A stretch of DNA of 64,000 bases from Patescibacteria group bacterium (GTDB taxonomy: Bacteria > Patescibacteriota > Microgenomatia > Curtissbacterales > GWA2-41-24). A program made the position numbers and the translations under genes. Location: positions 106,646 through 170,645 of the forward strand of contig JBBTUN010000004.1 in the NCBI GenBank assembly GCA_038063735.1, given 5' to 3'. The notes beneath the pieces are model-generated. The model had not been told where the DNA came from. It ran no database searches and worked only from the letters and a program-made list of their open reading frames with translations. Below are positions 49,323 through 57,768 of the stretch, one piece after another (the stretch's first letter is position 1; each line of letters starts with the position of its first letter).

Positions 49323-50302
49323 AGGGCAGGGGGTTTTAAATGAGCGTTATTATTATACCAATCGGCAGTAATTTGTAAACCTTCGTAAAAACTAAATTTC
49401 GGCTGATAGCCAAGTTTTCTAATCTTCGAAATATCTGGAAGACGTCGATTAGTACCGCCTTTTTGTATCTTTCCGGGAATTATTTTTATTTTTTGTCCAA
49501 AAAAATCCGCCACCCCCTGTGCCACCTCATTAATAGCAATTTCCTGATCCGTGCCGATGTTATATATCTCTAAATGTTTGCCATGCTTAATTATAGTTTC
49601 CAGCCCTTTCACAAAATCATCAATGTACACAAATGCTCTCGTCTCCTTGCCGGAACCCTGAATATGAAATTTTACAAGTCCATGATCCTTTTTAGATAAC
49701 TCTCTCATTCTGATAACGAATTGTGGGATTACATGTTCCCACCCCATCTCTGGGCCGAATACATTATGGGGACGGAAAATCATTGCACGTCTAAAATATT
49801 TTCTACCATAATTCGCGACAAAAAGTTCACTTATTATTTTCCCTCCCCCGTAAGAATAGCGGGGGTTTAACAAATCAGGAACAATTAAACGAACATTTTC
49901 CGGCGTCGGCACAACTGGGGGAGTTTGATAAACTTCAGAACTTGAAGCGAAATAAATTTCATCTACACCGTTCCATAAACATGAATCAATTACATTAATA
50001 ATTCCACGCGTGGACACATCTAATACAACTTCTGGCATCGAATAAAAAAACTTAGTGCCGTTTACAGCGGCAAGATGAATTACTCCATCAACACCCTTGC
50101 ATGCGATATTGACAATTTTTGGATCCCTAACGTCGCCGGAAATAAATTCAAAATCATTTACGATATCCTTTAAGCTCTCTAAATTACCTCTCGAATTGTT
50201 ATCTAAAACTCTGGTAGTATAGCCGTTTCTTACCATAGCCCTCGTGACATTCCTACCGATAAACCCGGTGCCTCCAGTCACTAAATATTTTTTTGCAAAC
50301 AT
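49313..50302 (-). CDS. NAD-dependent epimerase/dehydratase (SDR). First gene of the minus-strand nonulosonic-acid operon.
   Basis: VTGGTGFIGRNV motif and YSYGGGK. Confidence 0.7.
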   Translation of the reverse strand: MFAKKYLVTGGTGFIGRNVTRAMVRNGYTTRVLDNNSRGNLESLKDIVNDFEFISGDVRDPKIVNIACKGVDGVIHLAAVNGTKFFYSMPEVVLDVSTRGIINVIDSCLWNGVDEIYFASSSEVYQTPPVVPTPENVRLIVPDLLNPRYSYGGGKIISELFVANYGRKYFRRAMIFRPHNVFGPEMGWEHVIPQFVIRMRELSKKDHGLVKFHIQGSGKETRAFVYIDDFVKGLETIIKHGKHLEIYNIGTDQEIAINEVAQGVADFFGQKIKIIPGKIQKGGTNRRLPDISKIRKLGYQPKFSFYEGLQITADWYNNNAHLKPPALII

Positions 50303-50323
50303 TTTGCTTATCGGCAGTCTTTC

Positions 50324-51241
50324 ATGTATATTCTATGCGATATGTCAAGGCAAAAAATACTCGTTTACGGAATTACAGGGATGACAGGCACAAGATTTGC
50401 CGAACTGGTCAGAGATAAATTTAAAATTATTGGCCCTCCTCGTTTCATTGTCGACCTCACAAATAAGAAACAAGTGAAAAAAAATATCCGAGATGTTAGT
50501 CCAGATCAGATACTTTATTTAGCAGGAATCACTAAAGTAGATGAGGCACAGCAAAATCCTAAAAACGCATATTTACTTAATTCGGAAGCTGTAAAATATG
50601 CTGCGAAAGAGTCAGCTCTCCTAAACATCCCTTTTCATTATGTTTCTACTGATGCTGTGTTTGACGGCAAACTAAAAAACAGACTGTATAAAGAAAATGA
50701 TAAAACTAATCCGATTTCCATTTATGGTAAAAGTAAATTAGCTGGGGAAAAAGTTGTATTAGAATTTTCAAATAAGAATTCTGTCATCAGGACAATAATG
50801 ATATATTCTCCAAATTATCCGCATAAAAAAGATTTTGCCAAGTTTGCTTACGAATCACTAAAATACAAAAAACCAATAACTGGAATAATCGATCAATTTA
50901 TAAATCCAACCTATGTGGACGATTTGGTAAATGGCATCTGCAAAATATTGCAAAAAAGAGAAAGTGGCATTTACCATGTTGCAGCAACAGACAGTACCAC
51001 TAACTTTGAATTTCTAAAAAAAATAGAGAAAACTTTCAAATTCAATAAAAATCTTATTACAGAAACAACATTTAATGAATTTTTCAAAGATAAAACCGCG
51101 CCTAGACAGCAATACAGTAGACTTTCAACCGAAAAATTTAGAAAAAAATTTGGAAACGGAATCCTTCACAAAATAGATCAAGGAATCAATGAATTTAAAA
51201 AACAGATGTCAAAACTAGAAACGCAACCTATTGACGTTTAG
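50324..51241 (+). CDS. RmlD-like NAD(P)H sugar reductase (dTDP-4-dehydrorhamnose reductase family). The start is possibly the ATG at 50342.
   Basis: ILVYGITGMTG motif, a VSTDAVFDG signature and YGKSK. Confidence 0.6.
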   Translation: MYILCDMSRQKILVYGITGMTGTRFAELVRDKFKIIGPPRFIVDLTNKKQVKKNIRDVSPDQILYLAGITKVDEAQQNPKNAYLLNSEAVKYAAKESALLNIPFHYVSTDAVFDGKLKNRLYKENDKTNPISIYGKSKLAGEKVVLEFSNKNSVIRTIMIYSPNYPHKKDFAKFAYESLKYKKPITGIIDQFINPTYVDDLVNGICKILQKRESGIYHVAATDSTTNFEFLKKIEKTFKFNKNLITETTFNEFFKDKTAPRQQYSRLSTEKFRKKFGNGILHKIDQGINEFKKQMSKLETQPIDV

Positions 51242-51994
51242 TCTCACTAAGATCCCGTATAAATACCATCGTACATACTTGGGCAGCCACTTCAATAGTT
51301 TAAATTTAGATTTTCCCACTGTTCTATCTCTCCAAACTGTTGGCACATCTCCGATTTTAAAACCGGCATGATACGCTTTTATTATTATCTCGCAAGAGTA
51401 TTCCCAGCCACCTGTTGACTCGATTTTTATCTTGTCGAAAATATTTCTTTTATACATCTTAAAACCGTTTGATATATCTGTTGTTGGAATTCCCAGTAGA
51501 AAAGGACTAAGCTGGCCAGCAAATCTGGAAAGCAAAGTTTTTAAAAAACCTCCACCAATCTTTTTACCACCTTTTCCATATCTGGATGCACATACAATAT
51601 CAAAGCCATCCTCCATTTTCGTGTACATCTTATTCACTGTTTTCGGTTCATCAGCTAAATCCGCAGGCATGATCACAACCACTTTCCCTTTTGCATTCTT
51701 AATTCCGGTTTTAACTGCGTTTATCACCCCTTTTCCAAAATTGTTTTTCACCAAAATTACGCTTTTAAATTTGCGTTGAAGTTTTCTTGCATATGGAATA
51801 GTATTATCTTCATCAAAATCATAAACGATTAAGATTTCATGAGGGTTTATTACATCTTTTTCTAAAGCAATTATTTGTGTTGTAATGTTCTCACCTTCGT
51901 TATAAACAGGCAAGACAATACTTAAATCAAAATGCTTATTCGAAGAAAAGCTTTGCTTATTCACTTCCAGCCAAATACTTTCTAAGATAAACAA
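51215..51994 (-). CDS. GT2 polyprenyl-phosphate sugar synthase (DPM1-like)
   Basis: LSIVLPVYNEGENI…VIMPADLAD motifs. Confidence 0.7.
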   Translation of the reverse strand: MFILESIWLEVNKQSFSSNKHFDLSIVLPVYNEGENITTQIIALEKDVINPHEILIVYDFDEDNTIPYARKLQRKFKSVILVKNNFGKGVINAVKTGIKNAKGKVVVIMPADLADEPKTVNKMYTKMEDGFDIVCASRYGKGGKKIGGGFLKTLLSRFAGQLSPFLLGIPTTDISNGFKMYKRNIFDKIKIESTGGWEYSCEIIIKAYHAGFKIGDVPTVWRDRTVGKSKFKLLKWLPKYVRWYLYGILVRLNVNRLRF

Positions 51995-53333
51995 GATAAA
52001 TCAAAACGTGGATAGCAGCCAGTAGTGTCAGAAGCCAGTAATGCAAGAGATTTTCAGGAAATGCGACAAAACCACCCCTGACGGGAAATCCGTGAGTTAA
52101 GACTGGGCTTAAGCCAAAAAATATCAGTATTAAATACAGCCTAATATTACTCTTATTAGTGTTGATTATGGCCAAACATAAAGCGGCTAATATCGTGATG
52201 AATAAGTGGTTCGCGTGCACGCCGGTTCTCAAGATAAAATAACTCCAACTTATCATCAAGCTCGCCTGCAACAAACTGCCAACGTCTTTCTTTTTTATTA
52301 AGAAACTCTTCAAGATTGCTATATCAACTAACAGAAAAATCACTCCAGTAATTAATGAAAAAATATGGAGATTATTTTTAATAACCATTACGTACGTCTC
52401 TGGGTAAAATGGTATAAGGACACCATATTGAATAAGATACACGAAATTTAAAGACCCTATTTCAAAATACCAAACGCCATGACTGAAAGCTTTTCTTAAG
52501 GATTCAGCTAAAGAAAATAAAGATAAATGATTTACCAAAAAAACAATAATTAACAAGACAAATACTGACGTAAAGGCCACCAAGAATTTGAATATTGGCA
52601 TGTCAATTTTATATTCGCTCGCAGAATGCCCTAGGCTATTAATCCACGGATGAATGCGAGAGAATACATACTTTCGAGGACTGCTGTGTATTTTTGCTCG
52701 CTCATGTAAACTTAAAGAATAATACCGATGACTTTCAGTCTTCGGAAGTTTATACCGCTGCCCATTTTTTATTATGAAATAAAACAGAAACACTGGTAGC
52801 ATCATAATAGCAATCCATTTCACCAATACCGCCAAAGCAAAACAAATTCCGGAAGGAAGATACTTCCGTCGAGCGAATAAGGCCAAAGAGAAAATTACAT
52901 ATGGCGCAAAGGTAATATCTAAAGTGGTGAATGCCTGCGAAATAATGGCAAAATACAATCCCCCCAAATAAAGTCCAGAGACAACAGCAATGCTTGTCCA
53001 AATTGATTTTCGCCTCAAAATAGTAGATAAGTAAATTAAAGAAACCCATGTTGCTAAATAATAGACCAGCAACATTAGTTTTATCCCTATCATCCAGCTG
53101 ACGCCAAAAACTGCAGCTGCTTTCATTGCAAGCCAGAGATTAATGAAAGCGAAAGGCGGGTAATCAGTAGTCCAATAATTGTAGTTGGCATTAATACTGT
53201 TACTAATAATAGTGTCACTAACACTGGTATTGATAATAGAATAAGCATTCAGGGGACCCCATCTATCAATATGAGCTGTCCATTCCAGCCAAACGTCCAT
53301 ATTCCCCAGTACCATAATTTGGGAAAAAGACAA
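51957..53333 (-). CDS. Polytopic membrane protein (GT-C-like). The N-terminus is probably incomplete or frameshifted; see the 53266-53448 ORF.
   Basis: At least 11 TM segments. The annotated start is TTG, and the nearest ATG is at 53315. An upstream out-of-frame ORF encodes a TM helix. Confidence 0.4.
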   Translation of the reverse strand: MSFSQIMVLGNMDVWLEWTAHIDRWGPLNAYSIINTSVSDTIISNSINANYNYWTTDYPPFAFINLWLAMKAAAVFGVSWMIGIKLMLLVYYLATWVSLIYLSTILRRKSIWTSIAVVSGLYLGGLYFAIISQAFTTLDITFAPYVIFSLALFARRKYLPSGICFALAVLVKWIAIMMLPVFLFYFIIKNGQRYKLPKTESHRYYSLSLHERAKIHSSPRKYVFSRIHPWINSLGHSASEYKIDMPIFKFLVAFTSVFVLLIIVFLVNHLSLFSLAESLRKAFSHGVWYFEIGSLNFVYLIQYGVLIPFYPETYVMVIKNNLHIFSLITGVIFLLVDIAILKSFLIKKKDVGSLLQASLMISWSYFILRTGVHANHLFITILAALCLAIINTNKSNIRLYLILIFFGLSPVLTHGFPVRGGFVAFPENLLHYWLLTLLAAIHVLIYLVYLRKYLAGSE

Positions 53334-53584
53334 TTATGGGCAAAGACAAAAATATGAGAGCAAAAACAATTAATAATCTCTTAATTTGAACCATAATAGA
53401 TGAAAATAGTTTGAGTATTACATTGTTTGAAGAAAAAAATATTTTCAAATCTCTTGTAGCAAGTTACTTTACATCCATGCAATATCAATACCAAATTCAC
53501 TTCCTCAAACAAACTCTCTTGATTTTTTAATACCACCTATTTGGTATTATTTCTCTCATTAAAACCGATAAAGTAATAGATAAC

Positions 53585-54319
53585 TTAACTTTTTTTCATC
53601 CCAAAACCAACCACCCACGCACCAAAAAACCGAGCAAAAGGAGTTTTTCCTAAAATGCCGTCTATAACATTGTAACATTTAAGCAAAGGTTTAGTTTTCC
53701 CCGCGATATAACAAAAGGCTATACCTGATTTTATTTGAATTTTTGTATCAAACCCTGCTTTTGAAAAAGTTTCCCCAATTTCTTTTGCTGTCAACAACCT
53801 TTCGTTAGATGTTATTCCTATATTCGAATGCAAAGGGGATGATTTAGAACGATAAATCCAAAATGCCGGGTTAAAATAATGAGGATCGTAAGAAAAGAAT
53901 GTTCCTCTAGGTCTTAAAATACGATGACCCTCTTTTGCAACTAGTTCGAAATTGGGAAAATGGTGTAATATACCAGAATAACAGGCAACGTCTACAGAAG
54001 AAGATTTTATTCTTAAATTTTCTATGTCTCCAACCATAAAATCAATTTTGGGAAAGTCCTTTTGTGCTCTTTTGATGCAACCACGCGAAATATCAACCCC
54101 GATAATCTTGCAGTTAGGATATGCTTGATATAAGTGGCTGGTGAACGCCCCGCTTCCGCAACCCAAATCGTAAATAATTTTATTTTTTCGTGGTGGGATA
54201 AGATCAGTCATCCACGATATCATTTCTAAATATCCGTCTTTATCAAAAACGTCATATCCACCTTGCTTGTCAAAGTGGTCAAAAAATTTTATTTCTGCCT
54301 TTTTATTTTGCAATATCAT
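53585..54319 (-). CDS. Class I SAM-dependent methyltransferase
   Basis: IIYDLGCGSGAFT motif I. Confidence 0.65.
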   Translation of the reverse strand: MILQNKKAEIKFFDHFDKQGGYDVFDKDGYLEMISWMTDLIPPRKNKIIYDLGCGSGAFTSHLYQAYPNCKIIGVDISRGCIKRAQKDFPKIDFMVGDIENLRIKSSSVDVACYSGILHHFPNFELVAKEGHRILRPRGTFFSYDPHYFNPAFWIYRSKSSPLHSNIGITSNERLLTAKEIGETFSKAGFDTKIQIKSGIAFCYIAGKTKPLLKCYNVIDGILGKTPFARFFGAWVVGFGMKKS

Positions 54320-54377
54320 TAGGTAATAATTCGTTAATTTTACATATTTTCTGACTCTGGATGATAGAGATCAGCTT

Positions 54378-54386
54378 TGTTATCAT
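54378..54386 (+). promoter_or_regulatory. Candidate extended -10 promoter element TGtTATCAT upstream of 54411
   Basis: TGnTATcAT lies about 25 nt upstream of the ATG, in a divergent intergenic region. Confidence 0.2.
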
Positions 54387-54410
54387 ATTGGGCACAACTT
54401 TCAAAGGACA

Positions 54411-56090
54411 ATGAATTTTTCTAAAAGGATACCTTTCGTATTTATTATTTCGACACTTTTTGTTAGTTTTGCCTTAAGGTTTTATGCATTAGGTCAAGTG
54501 CCGAATGGTTTGTCGCCAGATGAAGTTGATGTCGGCTACAACGCTTTTTCTATAATCAAAACTCACAAAGATGTCTACGGGAGAGCCTTCCCGCTATTTT
54601 TCCAATCACTTGACGACTATAAAGCTGGGCTTCCGATATACCTTTCGGTAATCGGTATAAAATTGTTTGGATTATCAGATTATTCAATAAGAGCGATCCC
54701 GGCACTTTTTGGCGCACTTACCCCGATTCTATTTTTCTTTTTTGCCAAATTGCTTTATCCAGAGAAGAAAAAATTTCCTTTTGTCATAATGATTTTAGCC
54801 ACATTTGAACCTTGGGGTATAGCAATTTCAAGAGCCATGATTTTTTACTCGGAATATGTCTTTTTGTGTTTACTAGTTTTAATTACATTTTTAATAGGTA
54901 TGAAAAAAAATATGAAGAATGTTTTATATGTCTCAGGAGCACTTTTGGGCCTTACGCCTTACGTTTATTATTCGTCATTTATTTATATGCCGCTTCTCTT
55001 TGTAGCAGTAAGTTTAATTTATAAGGATTTTATATTTAAAAATTTAAAGACTTGCACTATTAGCTTATTGTTTGTTCTTGTTGTTTCTTTTCCGGCCATA
55101 TCTCTTTACTTAAATCCTCAAAACAGAAACCGTTTTAACGCAATTTCTCTCTTTAATCCAGATACCACTTTGACGCTTTCCATAAAAGAGCAGACGAGCG
55201 ACATTGAAGAAAAGTTACCTTTTTCCGGCTATGTTCATAATCGCAGAATTATTTATGCAAGCGCATTCCTTGATAATTACTTCGATTACTTCAATTTAGA
55301 TTATCTTTTTGTTAATGCAAAAAACATACGTTATTTTTATACAAACTATGTCGGTCTTTTTTACCTTTTTGCTATACCCTTCTTTTTGTTTGGTCTATTT
55401 AAAATAATCACAAGAAGGAAAAAAGATGACTTATTCATTTTAGCTTTAATTATAATCGGACCTATTTCAGCAGCTGTCACACTTGGCTCACCCTTTCCCC
55501 ATCGTGGACTGCTTTTTTTGATAGGAGTTCAAGTCGTTTGTGCGCTTGGACTAACTGCTTTTTTTGATAATTTCTTAAAAAGAAAGCAATGGCAATATAA
55601 AGCCGCAATCATTCTTATAATTTTTGCTTATTTTTTAAATGTGTACTTTTTCATTCACCAATACTTTATTCATTCACCACAAGAATTTAACGCTGAAAGT
55701 AATAACGGAGCTTGGTTTGCAACTGTTAGGGACGTTATGCCATTTGTAAGAAAGAATAAATCCAATTACGAAACTATCATATTTTCGTGGTCTTACAGAA
55801 AATTAGTCCCGGGAGTTTATTACGCATTTTATAACAAGACATCACCTTTTGTTTTTCAATCCAAGTCTGCTCTTTGGACTAACGAACCACCATCATATAG
55901 GCAAATATACGATAAGATCGAAAACATTGAATTCAGACCAATAGATTGGGAAAACGACAAAAGCAGAATTAAAACACTTTTGATCGGATACCCGGAAGAG
56001 TTTCCTCCTGACGTAAAAAATGTGGTTAACAAAACATACTTACCCAATGGTCAAATACATCTCCTTTTTGTTGAAGTGAAAAAAGACTAG
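54411..56090 (+). CDS. GT-C family glycosyltransferase (PMT/ArnT-like)
   Basis: LSPDEVDVGYNAFSIIKTHKDVYGRAFPLFF loop-1 motif, highly similar to the 2191/5665 paralogs. Confidence 0.65.
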   Translation: MNFSKRIPFVFIISTLFVSFALRFYALGQVPNGLSPDEVDVGYNAFSIIKTHKDVYGRAFPLFFQSLDDYKAGLPIYLSVIGIKLFGLSDYSIRAIPALFGALTPILFFFFAKLLYPEKKKFPFVIMILATFEPWGIAISRAMIFYSEYVFLCLLVLITFLIGMKKNMKNVLYVSGALLGLTPYVYYSSFIYMPLLFVAVSLIYKDFIFKNLKTCTISLLFVLVVSFPAISLYLNPQNRNRFNAISLFNPDTTLTLSIKEQTSDIEEKLPFSGYVHNRRIIYASAFLDNYFDYFNLDYLFVNAKNIRYFYTNYVGLFYLFAIPFFLFGLFKIITRRKKDDLFILALIIIGPISAAVTLGSPFPHRGLLFLIGVQVVCALGLTAFFDNFLKRKQWQYKAAIILIIFAYFLNVYFFIHQYFIHSPQEFNAESNNGAWFATVRDVMPFVRKNKSNYETIIFSWSYRKLVPGVYYAFYNKTSPFVFQSKSALWTNEPPSYRQIYDKIENIEFRPIDWENDKSRIKTLLIGYPEEFPPDVKNVVNKTYLPNGQIHLLFVEVKKD

Positions 56091-56091
56091 A

Positions 56092-57768
56092 TCAGTCTAT
56101 TACCCCCAGTACATCAATATAGGGACCTGGTCTTATGAGTCTAAAATATGGGAATATTGCTGTTGTGTCAAAAAGAGCCTCGGGGATATCGGTATCGTAG
56201 ATCTTGCTCCCAGTAGGACTAAAATGTGCAACCAGCCTGTAACGTTTCGGATCAAGCTCTAATAATCTGTCCGAAGATGAATTGTAATTGTCAATAACAA
56301 TTCTTGAGTTGCTTATTAACAAAGCTTTATTTGTATAATTTACCTTGCTATCGCCTGCTGTAGAAATTGCGTTAGCATACATTATATCTCTAACGTTGTC
56401 GGCATATGTATTCCCACTAAGTTTTGCAGCTCTTCCATAATATCCCGGGTTCATCTCCTGCACTTTTTTTATAACAAGCGCATTCGGAACATACCCATAA
56501 TACCTGTGAGACGTAGCTACGAGCGGGGTGCTCTTTTCTATATTCTGGTCCAACCATTGTCTTATAAGATCATAGGTCGATGTTTGAACAAGAACCAAGT
56601 TAAAATAAACAGAATTAAAAAAAGTTAAAATCATAACAATCACAAAAAACAAGTGTCTATATCTGACTCGTAGTACAAATTCATAAAAAACATATCCGGC
56701 CAACACTGGTAAAAAACAAAAAGAAATCAATAAATAGCGACTAAGGGGGGGAAAAAAAAGAACCCATATTAAAATATTTATAACAAAAAAAAGTATAAAA
56801 GCCCGATGTATCCCGTGCTTTTTGTATTTTGTAAGTGCAAAAATCACAAAAAAAAGAATGATAATTGGATCTGTAAAAAAAACATTAAGAATCGACTTGC
56901 CAGCGTTTAAAAAAGAATTTAGGTCCGTTATATTTAACTTAACCAATTCAACGCTGTCCGACCGGTTTGTCGGATCCAAAATTCGAAATACTTTTGACCC
57001 TAAACTAACTAAATTTAGAACGAATACAATCATGGTATAAAAAGTTAGCCCGGCAAGTAATCCTCTAATATATTTTTTAATTTTAAGTTCAGAAAAAAAA
57101 ATGATTAGGCAAATAAGTAATGCGCTCATCGCCCCAAACTGATGGAAACCAAAGGAAACAGCGCTAAAAAAAAATGAAACTAACACATACTTTGGGAACT
57201 TGTTTTTGGTTTTTACGGCTTTTACTGCCCAGTAAACAGCAACTATTGAGAAGAAAACTGCTTCTGACCAAGGTCTTGCTTGATGTGAAATTAAGACAAG
57301 ATTATATGAGGCAGCTGTAAGTAGAGAGCTAAATAATGCGACTTCCTTTTTATAAAACAGTAGTCTAGCAAGTTTATAACTAACCAATATTGCCAAAACA
57401 CCAAATAATGCCGAAATAACCCTAGGTATAAATAGAAAATATCCTTCGTGAGTTACTATCAGAAATTCTAAATCAGAAATAGAATGAATCTTGCCAGTGA
57501 TAAATAAAACAAATGATGCAAGAGCTATGAATGGAATTTGAAGATAGGCACCTAAAGGACCGTAGTTTCCTAAGGTAAATAGTGTTTTGCTAGCAAGCAT
57601 ATTAAGAGCGCTAAGGTGGTAAACAGCTTCATCACCCGAAGCATATAATATTGGAAAACCAATAGTTAAATTAATTGTTCTTAACAATAAACCAATTGCA
57701 ATGATAAAAAGAAGCAAATATTTATCTGGAATATTGGTAACAATACTCTTCAAACTTTGAAACAACAT
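56092..57768 (-). CDS. GT-C family glycosyltransferase (ArnT/PMT-like). Contains a G7A8 homopolymeric tract.
   Basis: ILYASGDEAVYHLSALNML loop-1 DE motif. About 12 TM segments and a roughly 170-aa C-terminal soluble domain. Confidence 0.6.
   Translation of the reverse strand: MLFQSLKSIVTNIPDKYLLLFIIAIGLLLRTINLTIGFPILYASGDEAVYHLSALNMLASKTLFTLGNYGPLGAYLQIPFIALASFVLFITGKIHSISDLEFLIVTHEGYFLFIPRVISALFGVLAILVSYKLARLLFYKKEVALFSSLLTAASYNLVLISHQARPWSEAVFFSIVAVYWAVKAVKTKNKFPKYVLVSFFFSAVSFGFHQFGAMSALLICLIIFFSELKIKKYIRGLLAGLTFYTMIVFVLNLVSLGSKVFRILDPTNRSDSVELVKLNITDLNSFLNAGKSILNVFFTDPIIILFFVIFALTKYKKHGIHRAFILFFVINILIWVLFFPPLSRYLLISFCFLPVLAGYVFYEFVLRVRYRHLFFVIVMILTFFNSVYFNLVLVQTSTYDLIRQWLDQNIEKSTPLVATSHRYYGYVPNALVIKKVQEMNPGYYGRAAKLSGNTYADNVRDIMYANAISTAGDSKVNYTNKALLISNSRIVIDNYNSSSDRLLELDPKRYRLVAHFSPTGSKIYDTDIPEALFDTTAIFPYFRLIRPGPYIDVLGVID
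56745..56759. repeat. Homopolymeric tract GGGGGGGAAAAAAAA (G7 then A8) inside the CDS 56092-57768. It encodes FFPP on the minus strand.
   Basis: Seen directly. It is the longest G/C run in the 64-kb window, and the genome is about 30% GC. Confidence 0.8.

Noticed and set aside
50303-50341. Very short divergent gap (about 20-40 bp) between the NulO operon's first gene and the RmlD-like gene 50324-51241.
   Set aside because: It is too short to resolve promoter elements by eye. It is probably overlapping divergent promoters, but nothing specific could be supported.
53527-53548. Palindrome TAATACCA-cctatt-TGGTATTA in the 53334-53584 intergenic region.
   Set aside because: It was considered as a terminator for the upstream minus-strand MTase gene. 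On the transcribed minus strand the stem is followed by an A-run rather than a U-run, so it is not a convincing intrinsic terminator. It may still be a protein-binding site.
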